Assembly: GCF_001194135.2 (NCBI RefSeq)
Contig: NC_068987.1
Location: 32,263,165 to 32,327,136, forward strand
DNA: 63,972 bases
From: Octopus bimaculoides
Lineage: Eukaryota
Reading direction: 5' to 3'
A program made the position numbers and the translations under genes. Positions within the stretch are counted from its first letter, which is position 1. Each line of letters starts with the position of its first letter. The notes under the pieces were generated by a model, which was not told the origin of the DNA, did not search any database, and was given only the letters and a program-made list of their open reading frames with translations. Shown here piece after piece: positions 1-13,655 of the stretch.

Positions 1-86
1 TTCCTTCCTTCCCCCTCCCAAAAAGAAAAGCTCTACATTGTATTTGTCCCATCTTCGTTGAGCCCTGTGTGGCTAATAAAAGAAAT
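1..86 (+). mobile_element. Probable LINE (L1/Tx1-like) 3' tail remnant
   Basis: Ends CCCTGTGTGGCTAATAAAAGAAAT, resembling the 3' tail of the L1/Tx1 copy near 49935-49960 (CCCTTGTGGCAAATAAATGAAAT). Confidence 0.35.
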
Positions 87-140
87 GTATCTATCTATCT
101 ATCTGTCTGTCTGTCTGTCTGTCTGCCTGCCAGTTAGTCA

Positions 141-185
<45 letters not shown>

Positions 186-246
186 CCTATCTTTCTATCT
201 ATCTATCTATCTATCTATCTAGCTAGCTAGCTAGCTAGCTAGCTAT
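87..246. repeat. Compound tetranucleotide microsatellite (TATC/TGTC/TGCC/TAGC)
   Basis: Read directly from the sequence. Confidence 0.95.
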
Positions 247-320
247 CTAACTCAGATAAACTTACTTGGAAATGGATGCGTGGCGTTCAATCATATAATA
301 ATATAAATAATATATATGCA

Positions 321-848
<528 letters not shown>

Positions 849-914
849 CGTATATATATATATATATACATACGTACATATATGTACATACTTACATATA
901 TATATGTATATACA

Positions 915-1500
915 TATGCATATATGGGTACAGGGCGTCATAAAACGTAAACAACGTGAAATACGAAATACGAAAACATGGAATACGAACTTTTTTGCGA
1001 ACAACGAAAGAAACAAATGGAAAAAAAAGAGGACAAGTAATATAAAGAACGATCCTTCATCAGTTGTCGGCTGGTTTATCTACTCCACATTTCGAACAAT
1101 TACGACAAGATGTGTCTTCGAGAAACAGTTTCTCCATCAAAGCAAAATAAAATTTGTGATTTTGCGGAGGGTCAAAGTTGGTAACAAAAATAGGACAGTG
1201 AAAACAAACAGTAAGGGCTGCTAAGGTATAACGAGGTGAGGTGGCGAACGCTGGAGGAACAGGCTTTGGCAGGAGAAAGATAGGAGAGGAGACGGACAAG
1301 AATGCGTGTGATCTGTGTGGTAGATCAAAAGGAAAGAAAGAAGCTCAAGTTTGGAAAAGAAAGATAGCCGATGGTCACGTGTGAGCAACGAGAGAGTAAA
1401 GGAGGAAGAGTGGGAAAGAGAGAGGGACAGACGGAGAACGGTGAAGGGGAGACGAAAAGAATTAGAGAAAGGATGAGAGAGAAAATTTGGATTTCATTTT
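915..1500 (-). mobile_element. Interspersed repeat, possibly a PLE terminal region
   Basis: Minus strand has a pyrimidine-rich body and CCGACAACTGATGAAGG, a motif type seen at PLE ends; no protein support. Confidence 0.35.
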
Positions 1501-1604
1501 AATTTGAATTATGGAAACAAACACAACCTTATTAACAGCAACACAGGCATTGGATTTTGGAAGCATACAATCTCATCGATAACAACGATGTTGAAGTACT
1601 TATA

Positions 1605-2916
1605 CAAGGTACATTCAAAAAGTATTCAACCATTCGGTATAAGAAACAAAACAAAAACAAAACAATTTTGTACATATCACAAATTTTAGTTAATCACTTT
1701 CAAAATACTTCCATTGGGAGTTCATACACTTCTCCCAGCGGTTCCGCCACTGCTGGTAACATCTTTGGAACGCCTTCGCTGGAATGGCATGGAGCTAGTT
1801 CCGCCGTCGCTTTTCTCATAATATTCTCTCGCGACTGAAATCGCTTCTTTTTTAGCGGAGTTTTCAGATTGGAGAAGAGCCAGAACTCACATGATACCAA
1901 GTCGAGAGGGTAGGGAGCTTGTCGAATATGTGGTATGTTGTTCTTGAGCAGAAAAGCGCTTGGATTATGTGGGCAGAATGAGCGGGTGCATTGTCGCGGT
2001 GAAGTTAGCAATTCTTCGCTGCCCACATGTCCAGCCGCACAACATCATGAAGGTGACGTATAACTTCCAAGTAATATTCCACATTGTTTGGTCATGTGGT
2101 GTGTATTCATGATGCACTAATACAACGGGAGTCAAAGAAACAGGTCAACATTACCTTCACATTGCTGCGAACCTGTTATGCTTTTTTGAGCCCTGGAGTT
2201 GACGGATGCTCACATTGGAACGACTGCAATTTGGTTTCCGAGTCGTAACCACAAACTAAGTTCCAGTCGTGAGCAATTTCATGGATTGTAATACGGCGGT
2301 CGTCCATGACTATTCGCCGAACCATCTTAATGGGCTCCTCCTTTCGACTTGTAGATGGCCCGCATTACCGTGCTTAACTCTCCACTGAGGTGCCTCGCTC
2401 TCCACTGCGGTGCCTCGCTCTCCACTGAGGTGCCTCGCTCTCCACTGAGGTACCTCGCTCTCCACTGAGGTGCTTCGCTCTTCACTGAGGTGCCTCGCTC
2501 TCCACTGAGGTGCCTCGCCCTCCACTGAGGTGCCTCGCTCTCCACTGAGGTGTTGCCATGTTTAAAGTGGTTGTACCACTTTTTGATCTGAGTTTTGGCT
2601 ATAACTTCATCATTAAATTACCTGTTGAATCCTCTGATAGTTAGCGCTTGAGTATTACCAAGCTTTTGGAAAAACTTGATGCAATATATCTGCTCGATGT
2701 GTTCGGTCATCTTGCGTAAAAAGGAAAATCTGACGAGCGCGCACTTCAGATATATACTCCAGGCGTGACGGCAAGAAACTGACGCGGCCTATCGGCTCGA
2801 AAATTTTCTCACATGCGCAGGAAAAGTGGCATCACCTCTCACTCAAAAGGATCTTGCCCACGCAGCCTTAGTTTTGGTGGAAAAAATAAAGTCGGATAGT
2901 TTTTGAACGCACCGCG
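1605..2916 (-). mobile_element. Decayed full-length mariner (Tc1/mariner) transposon
   Basis: TA at both ends; degenerate TIRs CAAGGTACATTCAAAAAGTATTC and rc CGCGGTGCGTTCAAAAACTATCC; 1312 bp. Minus-strand remnants MTEHIEQIYCIKFFQKLG...KKWYNHFKHG and QAPYPLDLVSCEFWLFSNLKTPLKKKRF match the YSPDL(A)P.DF.LF..LK motif. Confidence 0.9.
2377..2552. repeat. 20-bp minisatellite (TCCACTGAGGTGCCTCGCTC), about 8.6 copies, inside the mariner ORF
   Basis: Exact 20-bp periodicity 2381-2552 with at most 1 substitution per unit. Confidence 0.97.
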
Positions 2917-3624
2917 TACATAATACATTATATATTCACGATATATTTCAGTTTGAATATTGTAGTTGAGGATAAATGACTTATCTTTTATATTTTTATA
3001 TCTAATAGTTCTCTCGAAAACTGTGAGGCTACAGTTGATGATGAAGGTTATTATAATGGTGTTGATAAGTAAATAATTAACAACTACAGCCAATGCTACA
3101 TTATTTAAATCTAAATATAATCTCTTCAACTGAATACAAAAACATCAAGATACCTATACATGATATTTACCTGCAGCTCTTTTATCATCATGATTATTAT
3201 TAATTAATTTCCAAATCTTCATAAATACCAGGTGGTATCTCAGAAACATTTTCTATTTATCATAAAAGTAAATTTATCTCTCTAAATTGATAATCTTAAT
3301 GTCCATAAAAAGCTATATTTTCTGTAATAAATCAGTTGCATTCAGCAGGAATGTGTATGCGTGCGCGTGCGCGTTCATGGCAGATAAAGTGACATTTAAG
3401 AAACGTCTACATCGTATCACCTAAAAGCAGCTGAATCTAACATAAACCATACTCTAGCGTTTTTATCTTCTTTTAAAGCACACATTGTACTATATGGTTT
3501 AAGGTACACAATGTCCGAAGAAGATGTGATGCCGTAGTCTAAAATCCATTGATCATAGTTTGCTAGATTTAAGATCAACTTTGGACTAAACACCAACGAC
3601 TATGTTACATCCTACAAACAGTTA

Positions 3625-4907
3625 CGAGGTACATTCCAGAAGTTTTCAGACTTTTTAGGAGAAGCACTTGTAACTGTCCTAGATTATTGTGATTTTACTA
3701 TATCGTTGCTATACATTTAATAATAAGCTGACCTACCAACATTTGTTACTCCAGATTGAAGGAGACGACCGTAAAAACACTCTGAACACATCCTGCTAAG
3801 CACTACTTGTCACAGGTGAAAAGTTTACAGAATGTTGTCGTGACTTAAAGTGGTTGTACCACTTTTTGATCTGAGTTTTGGCTATAGCTTCATCATTAAA
3901 TTACCTGTTGAATCCTCTGATAGTTAGCGCTTGAGTATTACCAAGCTTTTGGAAACTGGTTAAAAACACTACTGAAACTGAGGAAATGCTCCAAACTGCA
4001 TATAGATTAACTTGTATGAACCGACCATATATTTATCGCTGTCACAAGAGGTTCAAGGACGGTAGAGAGGAGGCGAGAGACGATGAGAGGTGTTGGATGA
4101 AGAGGTGCGCCAGAACATCCGAGCTGGTTGAGGAATCGCAATTTCCTGGATAAAGACCAGAAAAAAGCATTGGCGTGGCAATTGTACACAGAATTATTTA
4201 TGAAGGCTTCAACATGCGCAAAATTTGTGCAAAGTTTGTTTCCAGAGTGCTCAGTGACGAACAGAAGAAAAGAAACATTGGTGACAGCAGGGAGATGGTT
4301 GAGCTAACTACATCCAATACAAGACAAGAGTTCTTGAATGTCTGGTAACCTGTGAGGAAAGCTGAATCTGCTGTTACGATGAAAAGACCAAAAGACAGAG
4401 TGCCCAATTGAAGCATCCTGGCTCCCGCAGACCTATGACAGTCAGGCAAAGCAAGCCCGCCAGGAAGTTCATAACAGCAAGAGGAATCATTTACTTCCAC
4501 TGGGTTCCTTCTGGGCGAAAGGCCAACAAAGAGTACTTTGTGGCGGTTTTGAGGGAGGTTAGTTCACAATTCCATTCTGATAACAAATTACTTGACAGAG
4601 ATGGCATCAAAACTATCCCTCACCCTCCCTACAGTCCAAACTTTGATCCTTGTGGTTTCTGGTTAATCCCCAAGCTTCAGTTGAACCTCAGTGGGAATCA
4701 TTTTGAAGATATTGAGAAAGTGAAGGAAGCTGTGACAAGAATCCTGGACACCACCACTTAGGAGGAGTACCATGGGGCCTTCACGAGGTGGTTGGAGCAA
4801 GTGCATTGAAGTTAGAAGATTTGCCTTGAAGGAGACTAAAGTTTTGTACTTTGAAATTAACAAATGTCTTTCCTGAAAAAGTCTCACATCTTTTGGAATG
4901 CACCTTG
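3625..4907 (+). mobile_element. Second decayed full-length mariner transposon (different family)
   Basis: TA flanks; TIRs CGAGGTACATTCCAGAAGTTTTCAGACTTTTT and rc CAAGGTGCATTCCAAAAGATGTGAGACTTTTT; 1283 bp. Remnants LVKNTTETEEMLQTAY...HKRFKDGREE and IPHPPYSPNFDPCGFWLIPKL. Confidence 0.92.
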
Positions 4908-5269
4908 TACATAACTTTCGTAGAATACACTGGTTCTTGGAATCTGGATTTCAGACCCTGTACACATATTGCTTCCTTACTGAATGTTCAATGCTATTGT
5001 ATCGTAGTGAACGTCTATTGGAGCGTCAGTCTAGGAAACTGAAGGTCGCATTTTCAAATATCTCAGAGCATTTACTTATGTTTCATTTAAAACACTTGTT
5101 ACACGTTTGTCTTATGGCAATCTAAACGTAGCTCTAAATATTCTTCAGCCCAACTGTAAAGCCATAATCTGTTTTCCATAACACATAAATTTGTATTGAT
5201 TCCTTTTAGGTGATGAAACAGTGTAGCTTGTTTATATTTAAAAAAATATACTTATTAATTACGGAGATG

Positions 5270-5495
5270 CACTCGCATAGCAAGTGACCTGATCTGAGAT
5301 TGTGTGCTGAAACAAAAACAACTGCAGCGTGGAAGGTGTTTCTAAGCTATTTAAACACACGCAAAAACTATTAGATTCACTTCAACATTTAAATTTAACC
5401 TGTCAAAATATTTTCGTCATTTTGTCAGTGAGCAGGTTTCGGTTACAAAGCGATGAAAATATTTTGACAAATTAAATTTAAACACCTTCCACTTA
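5270..5495. repeat. Short interspersed element with nested inverted repeats (MITE-like)
   Basis: GTGGAAGGTGTTT (5329-5341) pairs with AAACACCTTCCAC (5480-5492); inner arms AAATTTAA..TGTCAAAATATTTTCGTC and GATGAAAATATTTTGACA..TTAAATTT. Confidence 0.55.
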
Positions 5496-7245
5496 TTAAT
5501 TGATAGAATTAATATACAAAGTTGAGATAATTGGAAACGTAAAGTAAATTTACGAGGGTGTGTGTATATCTTGTAATTTCGATTGAGTCTCGCTCTGAAC
5601 AGATAAACTCAATAGTTAAACCGCAGATTCTTCTATCTGTGACAGAAAAATAGACCGAGCTGACTAGTTAAAATTTTATTAAAACTCATAAAAGATTTGT
5701 TACTGCTTCCAGGACGTAGAGACCCTACTCTATCGCCAGACGTTTTTAGGGATCCAACATCCAGAATCCACGTTACAAGAATATCTGTCTCTTGGTCTTT
5801 ATAGTGGAAGTGGTGGTGTACATTTCTACCCAACAGTATCTTCGCTTTGAAGGGGAAGTTAATCTCTTTGTTGACACTATATCAGTTCCTATTTGATGCA
5901 AATGAGGTTAGGAAAAGCATGAACATTACAATTTTCAACCCTCCCTTCTGTTGCTATGTTGCTATTAATAATGTGCTTTCGAACTTATTCAAAATATATC
6001 AGTTATATAATTCTACAGTGACTGTACTTACGATAATTTCACCTTGATAGACATAGGCTGTGCAGGGGTTTATGAGTTACGTCTCCTATTATAAATGTAT
6101 GGATGATATCTAGATTCGAACAACTGTCTCAGCCACCTACAATTTTACTAAAATAGATTAATAATGATAATAACGATAATTGACATTTTATGTTTTATAA
6201 CGATATTGAATATTGAATGTTTGTTAAAACAGCCGTTCTATTTGGAACAGAATGCGGTGAAATCCTATTTTGAACAGAATACATTGATTTCACATTTTGC
6301 TGCTAAAATTGCTATCGTCTTTACATTAATTTAAAAAGCCAGTGTTTACGGATGGTTAACGAGTGTTTGAGAGCAAGGGTTACAAATCTCATAGATCAAA
6401 TGGTCCGATGTTTAAATCAATGGATTGGGGAAACATGTAATCGCTATATACGATTAAGTGAAGTCAGACTTTAAATCGACTGCTGAGCTATATAGTTAAG
6501 TGCGTTTATCATGAGTTAAATAAAGTACTGGTGGCAGGTCACAGAATGCTGATATCACAGTTGGTTTTAGTATATTCTGTAAATTCACTTCATTCACACT
6601 ATTTTCAATTTCTGTGGTGTAAGATACAAAATCTATTATAACTATATATACATGTATATATCACGCAATATTTCTAATGTACCAGCAAGAGGTCATTTTA
6701 CACTAACTCTAATGACATAACTCTAGATCAAACTAATATCATAAAAGTTTATTTTATCTCACACCACTGGAGTCTATATTATAATAATAAATGAATCTGT
6801 CCGTTTGTCACAATGCGTTATTAACTAACAAACTGTTGTTGCTGTAGCTAAAAAGTTGCTTCCATTGACCTCAGTATACTATTTATCAAATCATTGTCAT
6901 TCTCTTTTTCACACTCTTATATGTTTATCCATGTATTTATCTAGGTATTTCGTTATAACTTGCGCTCTCTGTAAATCCTTCATTCACTTCCTCTTGTCCT
7001 CTCTTTCTATGGAAGAAATAAGCTATCATTAGCACTGGAGGGGAGCTTCGCTAGGCTGAGATGCCCAACACAGATTATAAATCACAGCTAGTAGCGTTTT
7101 AAGAAAGATGCTGATGGTGTTGCAGTACCAGGTCCGTTTATGAAATATTTACAGTACGCAGAATATCCAGACTGGTTTTGTCTTGAGAAATACTTGTACG
7201 CCAAAATATCTCATTTACCAGTCAATAACACAAGTTTAATATATT

Positions 7246-7460
7246 CTTTTCTACACTAGGCACAAGGCTCAACATTTTTTGGGGAGGGGACCAGTCGATT
7301 AGCTCGATCCCAGTACGCAAGTAGTACTTAATTTATCGACCCCGAAAGGATGAAAGGCAAAGTCGACCTCAGCGGAATTTGAACTCAGAACATAAAGACA
7401 GACGAAATACCGCTAAGCGTTTCTCCCGGCATGCTAACGTTTCTGCCAGCTCACCGCCTT
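7246..7460 (-). mobile_element. tRNA-derived SINE family B with perfect 16-bp target-site duplication
   Basis: rc head AAGGCGGTGAGCTGGCAGAA, B-box-like GAGTTCAAATTCC; TSD ACAAGTTTAATATATT at 7230-7245 and 7461-7476. Confidence 0.92.
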
Positions 7461-7744
7461 ACAAGTTTAATATATTATATAATGAGAGTGTCTTATAACA
7501 TCTACGGCATCAATGATTTCGACATATTATCGAAGATGAAAATAGAAAACCGAGAGATTAGAATCTGTCAGTTGGTTATGTATGGTTTGATTTTAGATCA
7601 ATAGTTTCAGTTTACAACTGCGTAACAATAAAAAAATCTAGTCTCCAGAGGGCCAAGCATCAATTTTTTGTTTACTCGCCTGGGATTCGACCAAACTGAG
7701 TCACAAATTCTATATATCTTATCACACACGCGCGCGCGCGCACA

Positions 7745-8026
7745 CACATAGTTATAACCAAAAGTTTGGAGCACAGGTCTGAGATTTTTTCTTCTAGATA
7801 TTGGACCATTTGAAAGTCTGATATATCTGTCATTTTAATGAATTTTAATTACTTTTTTTTGATGATGACTAAAAAGAATCAGCAATTTTAGCAAAACATT
7901 AAGCAACACTAATAATAAATCAAAAAACATAAAAATAAACAAGCTTTTGTTGGTTTTATAGATATTTCAAAATTATAACGCTATGATGTTAGCTGTTTCC
8001 ATTATTTTGTCCAACCCCTGCATATA
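7745..8026. mobile_element. Tc1-like non-autonomous remnant
   Basis: Right end rc TGCAGGGGTTGGACAAAATAATGGAAAC is a Tc1-type TIR; left end ACCAAAAGTTTGGAGCAC is a weak match. Confidence 0.4.
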
Positions 8027-8625
8027 AATACATACACACAAACACACACACATACGCACATACACACACACACAAACACACATACCTACGCACCTACACA
8101 CATATATATGTATATATATGTATANNNNNNNNNNNNNNNNNNNNNNNNNNNNNNNNNNNNNNNNNNNNNNNNNNNNNNNNNNNNNNNNNNNNNNNNNNNN
8201 NNNNNNNNNNNNNNNNNNNNNNNNNNNNNNNNNNNNNNNNNNNNNNNNNNNNNNNNNNNNNNNNNNNNNNNNNNNNNNNNNNNNNNNNNNNNNNNNNNNN
8301 NNNNNNNNNNNNNNNNNNNNNNNNNNNNNNNNNNNNNNNNNNNNNNNNNNNNNNNNNNNNNNNNNNNNNNNNNNNNNNNNNNNNNNNNNNNNNNNNNNNN
8401 NNNNNNNNNNNNNNNNNNNNNNNNNNNNNNNNNNNNNNNNNNNNNNNNNNNNNNNNNNNNNNNNNNNNNNNNNNNNNNNNNNNNNNNNNNNNNNNNNNNN
8501 NNNNNNNNNNNNNNNNNNNNNNNNNNNNNNNNNNNNAGAGAGAGAGAGAGAGAGAGACAAAGAAATTTTGGGAGAGCTGATGATGTTCTATTAAAAGTAG
8601 TAGTGCTGATGATAGCAATGGGAGT

Positions 8626-8681
<56 letters not shown>

Positions 8682-8999
8682 GAGAGAGAAAGAGGGAGGA
8701 CGAGAGAGAGGGTATGTGTGGATAAGTGAGAGAAAGCGGGAGTTGATGTACAACTTTCTTGGACAGAAATTCCTGTGGCCAGTATACTCAACCAGTTACT
8801 GAGCACTAACATTTTTGTTTTATTTTTGCTTTCTTTAATACATATATACACACTCACACACACATATATGCGTCTACACCCAACCCCACACACACATATA
8901 TATATATAAAATACGCTTTAATTGAAATACAGTTTCCCCAAAATTAAACATATCTAATATAATAAATGTAAATGTCAGTGTGTCAGTGTGTCACACTTT

Positions 9000-9270
9000 C
9001 TCAACTTTACTCCTGAAGGCCGTAGCCCAACATATCATACCATTTTGGAATCAGGCTGACTCCGTGAGTAAATTAAATAAATTCCAGGGAGAATCCTGTC
9101 CTGCAATCGTGAAATTTTGGGTTTCTATGTTTTCTTTACTGCGACTGTTTTCGGGGATTTTCTTTACAGGATTTTTAGCGACAAATATGATCATCATTGG
9201 GATATGACTCTGGAGGAAGCAAGTGCAACAAATTCCCCAAAATAAGTCAGAGATCTGTTTGCAGATCTTC
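9000..9270 (+). mobile_element. Helitron Rep-helicase linker pseudogene fragment
   Basis: Frameshifted translation LLLKAV...ESC...DHHWDMTLEEASATNSPK*VRDLFA resembles the Helitron motif GLL.DD..W...L.EA....SP.Q.R.LFA. Confidence 0.5.
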
Positions 9271-9297
9271 CCATTAGGTGATAGTTGTTTAAAAGCT

Positions 9298-9459
9298 GCA
9301 GTAGTGGCTGTGTGGTAAGTAGCTTGCTTACCAACCACATGGCTCTGGGTTCATTCCTACTGCGTGGCACCTTGAGCAAGTGTCTTCTACTATAGCCTCG
9401 GACCGACCAAAGCCTTGTGAGTGGATTTGGTAGACGGAAACTGAAAGAAGCCTGTCGTA

Positions 9460-9504
<45 letters not shown>

Positions 9505-9730
9505 ATGTGTGTGTATATGTTTGTGTCTGTTTGTCCCCCTAACATCGCTTGACAACCGATGGTGGTGTGTTTACGTCCCCGTAACTTAGCGGTTCGGTAA
9601 AAGAGACCGATAGAATAAGTACTAGGCATCCAAAGAATAAGTCCTGGGGTCGATTTGCTCGACTAAAGGCGGTGCTTCAGCATGGCCGTAGTCAAATGAC
9701 TGAAACAAGTAAAAGAGTGAAAAGAGTAAA
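9298..9730 (+). mobile_element. SINE family A, full length
   Basis: Head GTAGTGGCTGTGTGGTAAGTAGCTTGC, core, internal (AT)n(GT)n, tail AAGTAAAAGAGT. Confidence 0.92.
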
Positions 9731-9794
9731 AAAAGAGAGAGAATACTAGCCCGATAGGGCGGCTCTTAAGCTAGTATGTAGCTAGTATGTAGTG

Positions 9795-10024
9795 AGTGTG
9801 TGACTTTGTTCCTGTGTTCGTCCCCCACCACCGCTTAACAACCGGTGTTGGTGTGTTTATGTGCCAGTAAATTTGCGGTTCGGCAAAAGAGATTGGCAGA
9901 ATAAGTACTATGCTTAAAAACAAATAAGTTTTGGGGGTTGATTTATTCGATCAAAATCCTTCAAGGCGGTGCCTCAGCTTAGCTGCTATCAAATGACTGA
10001 GATAAGTAAAAGATAAAAGATAAA

Positions 10025-10027
<3 letters not shown>
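9795..10027 (+). mobile_element. SINE family A, 3' half
   Basis: Matches the 3' half of 9298-9730; (AAAGAT)n tail. Confidence 0.8.
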
Positions 10028-10073
<46 letters not shown>

Positions 10074-11734
10074 CAAATAAGTGCACAATAATCCTTTGAA
10101 AGAGACATCATTATTGGACAACAAGATTATTTATATAATAAATCATTATCATAGAGTGGTCAATACTGTATAGTGAAAGGTAATGCATAACATATAGTAA
10201 AGAAAGAATAATTGAAGGGGATTTGGAACCCGGATTCTAAGAACCAATATATTCTAAAAATGGGATGTATTTATTTGAAAAAATGACTACATAATTGGAT
10301 TCCCGATGAGAATAAATCTGTTTGTCACTACTCTAAACATCAAAAGCTGTCGATTATTTTTGATTGATGAAAATAAGAAACAAATATATCCGGCTTTATA
10401 AAACTGAAACAAAACAGAAAATGTCTAAATGAACAAATGGATGAGATATGTCACTAGCTAGTCCGCCAGTTTTGTAAATTGGAGATCAAGAGTTAGAGTC
10501 TGTACTGTAATTTAGCCGTAATTTTCCTATTTTTAATGCGTCTTTATAGGGGAATTAATACTATGTCCACAAGGTCAATTGTAAGAGACCTCTTAATTTA
10601 TATCAATGAACTGCCATTTAATTTCGTTAAATCGGTCGCTAGTTATCTTTTGGATACATCTGTTTGCTACCACCATCCTAGACACGCGCGGTCACACACA
10701 CACACACACACAAGGGCGCGCGCGCGTCATGATCGCTAATATATGTCTGCTTTATTATTGAAAATACATCTCTTATGAACTTCAACAGTATCAATTTCGC
10801 GAGATTAATTTAATTTTATAAAGTACAGAAATCGTATCTCAGATACTTCCTGGAATTTATGAAGATATGGATGGCGGCAGTGATAGTAGTAGTGCTGACG
10901 GAATAACTGTAATTAGATATCATGAGTAGATAGTTTGATGTCATTGTCTTGCACAAATGAGATTATATTCGGATTTTAATATCACAGCATTAGCTCAAGA
11001 TAAAATTAGGTATTTATCATCTGCCGTATTATTTCTTTGCTACATTTTCCAAGTTGAATATCATGGCAACATACGAATTAGTAATCTTTATATTTACATT
11101 TAATATGCATACATACATACATACATACATACATACATGCATACATATATGTGCGTGTGTGTGTGTGCGTGTGTGTATTTAGCATTTCTTCTAGAAACGT
11201 TGATGATAATGTTAGTAAGGAAGTTTATTATCATTAAGAGCATTTCGTATAAAAGGTTCAACTGTGTAGTTGGTTAAATTTCCATATTAGAAAGAAAACT
11301 GTTTTGAATAACTATGAGAATTAAGATGATGATGATGATGTTATTTAATAACTTGATAAATAGTGTTATGATACATTTTCTAGTTGTCTCGTGCTTCAAA
11401 TAAATTGAATAAATTATGTTAAACTGTTTTCGTTGTACGTATGACATCAGTAATTTCCGTTTATTTTCAACGTCTGATGATATTGTAAATCAAGATTTTG
11501 CAGTCAAGGGTGAGTTTTCAGATAAATAGTTTTATTTGTGAAATGTGTAGCAACAGAGATAAAAAGTGTTTAGTTGGTTAATGGCCCAGTTTGACATCTC
11601 TAATTACTATGCTTCAACATCACCTATTCTCTTAAATAAAACCCTAATCTCTGCTAGGTAATATGCATTTATCTCTTGATCTGGTATTGACATCATCCTA
11701 ATTGCTAGGAAAACACTAAGTTACTTTAAGGATA

Positions 11735-13130
11735 ATTACTGTACTCGCAACTCGTCTACGGGTTTCTTTGATATGACCATGGGCTCTTCTGACTCAGCCT
11801 TGGTTACTGACCTAGTTGGCCTATTTCTTCTTTCCGAAATTAAACAACAATTCACCAACCTCTCCGGAGGGCTCTGCAGGGACGATGCACTTCTTATAGC
11901 CACTCGTCTATCTCGACCTGCTGAACGCACCAAGAAAACCTTCCATGAACTTTTAAAAAATTACAACCTAATTATCTCTTTCGAAAATGACACCAAAGTG
12001 GCCGATTTTTTAGACGTTTCTCTTGGTTTAAATATTAACCCATATCACTTTTTCTATAATACCAATCAATCATTACAATATATCAATGTCCTATCTAATC
12101 AACCTACTCTTACCCTCAATAGCATAGTCACCGGCATCTGTATCAGAATCTTCAACTTAACAGCTGATGAAGACATTTTTAACAATCACTCTCCAGATTA
12201 TAATCAAGCTCTCCAGATCAGTGATTTCCATGAAAAGATCTCTTATATCTCCAGCACTAAACTTAGAACTAAAATTGCACATCTCTTTCCTAGTACTAAT
12301 CCCAGACCCACCAAACCTTCTTCCACTCATCAACAATCCATCAATCCTCAAAAAACACCTACGCCTCGCACTCGACATCCTCAACAATTAAATCGAAGTT
12401 ATAATGACTACAAGCCTCCCTATCTGAACCCACCCATTATACCTACGAGCTCTAAGCCCTCTAAGGGCAGGAAGTGCGAGATCCTATGGTTCGAACCACC
12501 TTTCTTTCTTCAACCTGCGCGTCTAATTTAGGATCCATAACTGCATCCTCTAACAAACGCTGACTTCAACGCCTCTCCTTAGAACCAATAATCTATCCCA
12601 TTGAATTCCATCCAAACCCACCTAAATGCAATAATACAACCCTTAGTAACTCCACCCAATTCAATAATACTAACCTTAATGCTTTTCCCCACAATACTAC
12701 CCATGTGGCTACATATCCTAGCGGTGATACCCCCCCCCCCTAAACCAACACTGATTCTGATTAAACCTCAAACAGTCCATTATGACTTCCTATTGGCATG
12801 TCGTCTAAGATTATTCTTATAATCATTCATTCCCCAACATTGTGGTCAGTACTGTGCGCTTAAGGTAACTTAACTGAATACTAAGACAGCCTCGCAGTGT
12901 CATTCTTTACACGAGGTAATTTCTGCTCGTTTACATTGGCTAAGCGGAAGGGATGAATGCTTCCATATCCTACAAGTCACGCCCTCTGAAATAAATGGAT
13001 TTGTGTCTAGTTAAACAAATTATGCAAATGTCGATATCACTACACAGTTTCAATAGTTGATTTATTCTATTTCACATATCCTTCATTGTAAATGTCTGGA
13101 GAAGGCCTTAATAACTAGGAAATACATTTT
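11735..13130 (+). mobile_element. PLE fragment, Naiad-type reverse transcriptase (ORF 11773-12531) plus probable terminal region
   Basis: FDMTMGSSDSALVTDLVG (TMGS.DGAE..ELVG), GLCRDD (YRDD), DFLDVSL, YINVLSNQP, RKCEILWFEPPF (RKR.I.WFNPP); decayed hammerhead-like motif at 13090-13130. Confidence 0.8.
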
Positions 13131-13533
13131 TACTTTTACTTGTTTCAGTCATTAGACTGTTGCCATGCTGAGGCATCACCTCGAAGAATTTTTAGTTGAA
13201 TGAATCAAGTATTGTACAGTTTTTTAGAGCCTGGTATTTATTTCATCGATCTCTTTTGCCGAATCAATAAAGTACAGGGACTTAAACACACCAGCACTCG
13301 TTGTCAAGCGGTGACGGGGGGAAAATACTGACACAAAGACACACACACGCACACACATACACACACACACGCACGACGGGCTTCTTTCAGTTTCCGTCTA
13401 CCAAATCCGCTCACAAGGCTTTGGTCTGCATGGAGCTGTAGTAGAAGACACTTGTCCAAGGTGCCACGTAGTGAGACTGCACCAGGAACCATGTGGTTAG
13501 GAAGCAAGCTTCTTACTAAACAGCCATGCCTGC
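13129..13533 (-). mobile_element. SINE family A
   Basis: Homologous to 321-848 throughout. Confidence 0.88.
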
Positions 13534-13655
13534 GCCTATACATACATACATACATACACACATACATACATACGTACATACATATATATATATACATATA
13601 CATATATATGTGTTTGTGTGTATGTGCGTATATTTATATATATATATATATATAT

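Noticed and set aside
2377-2552. CRISPR-like look of the 20-bp repeat
   Set aside because: Units are contiguous with no spacers, derive from mariner coding sequence, and the context is eukaryotic
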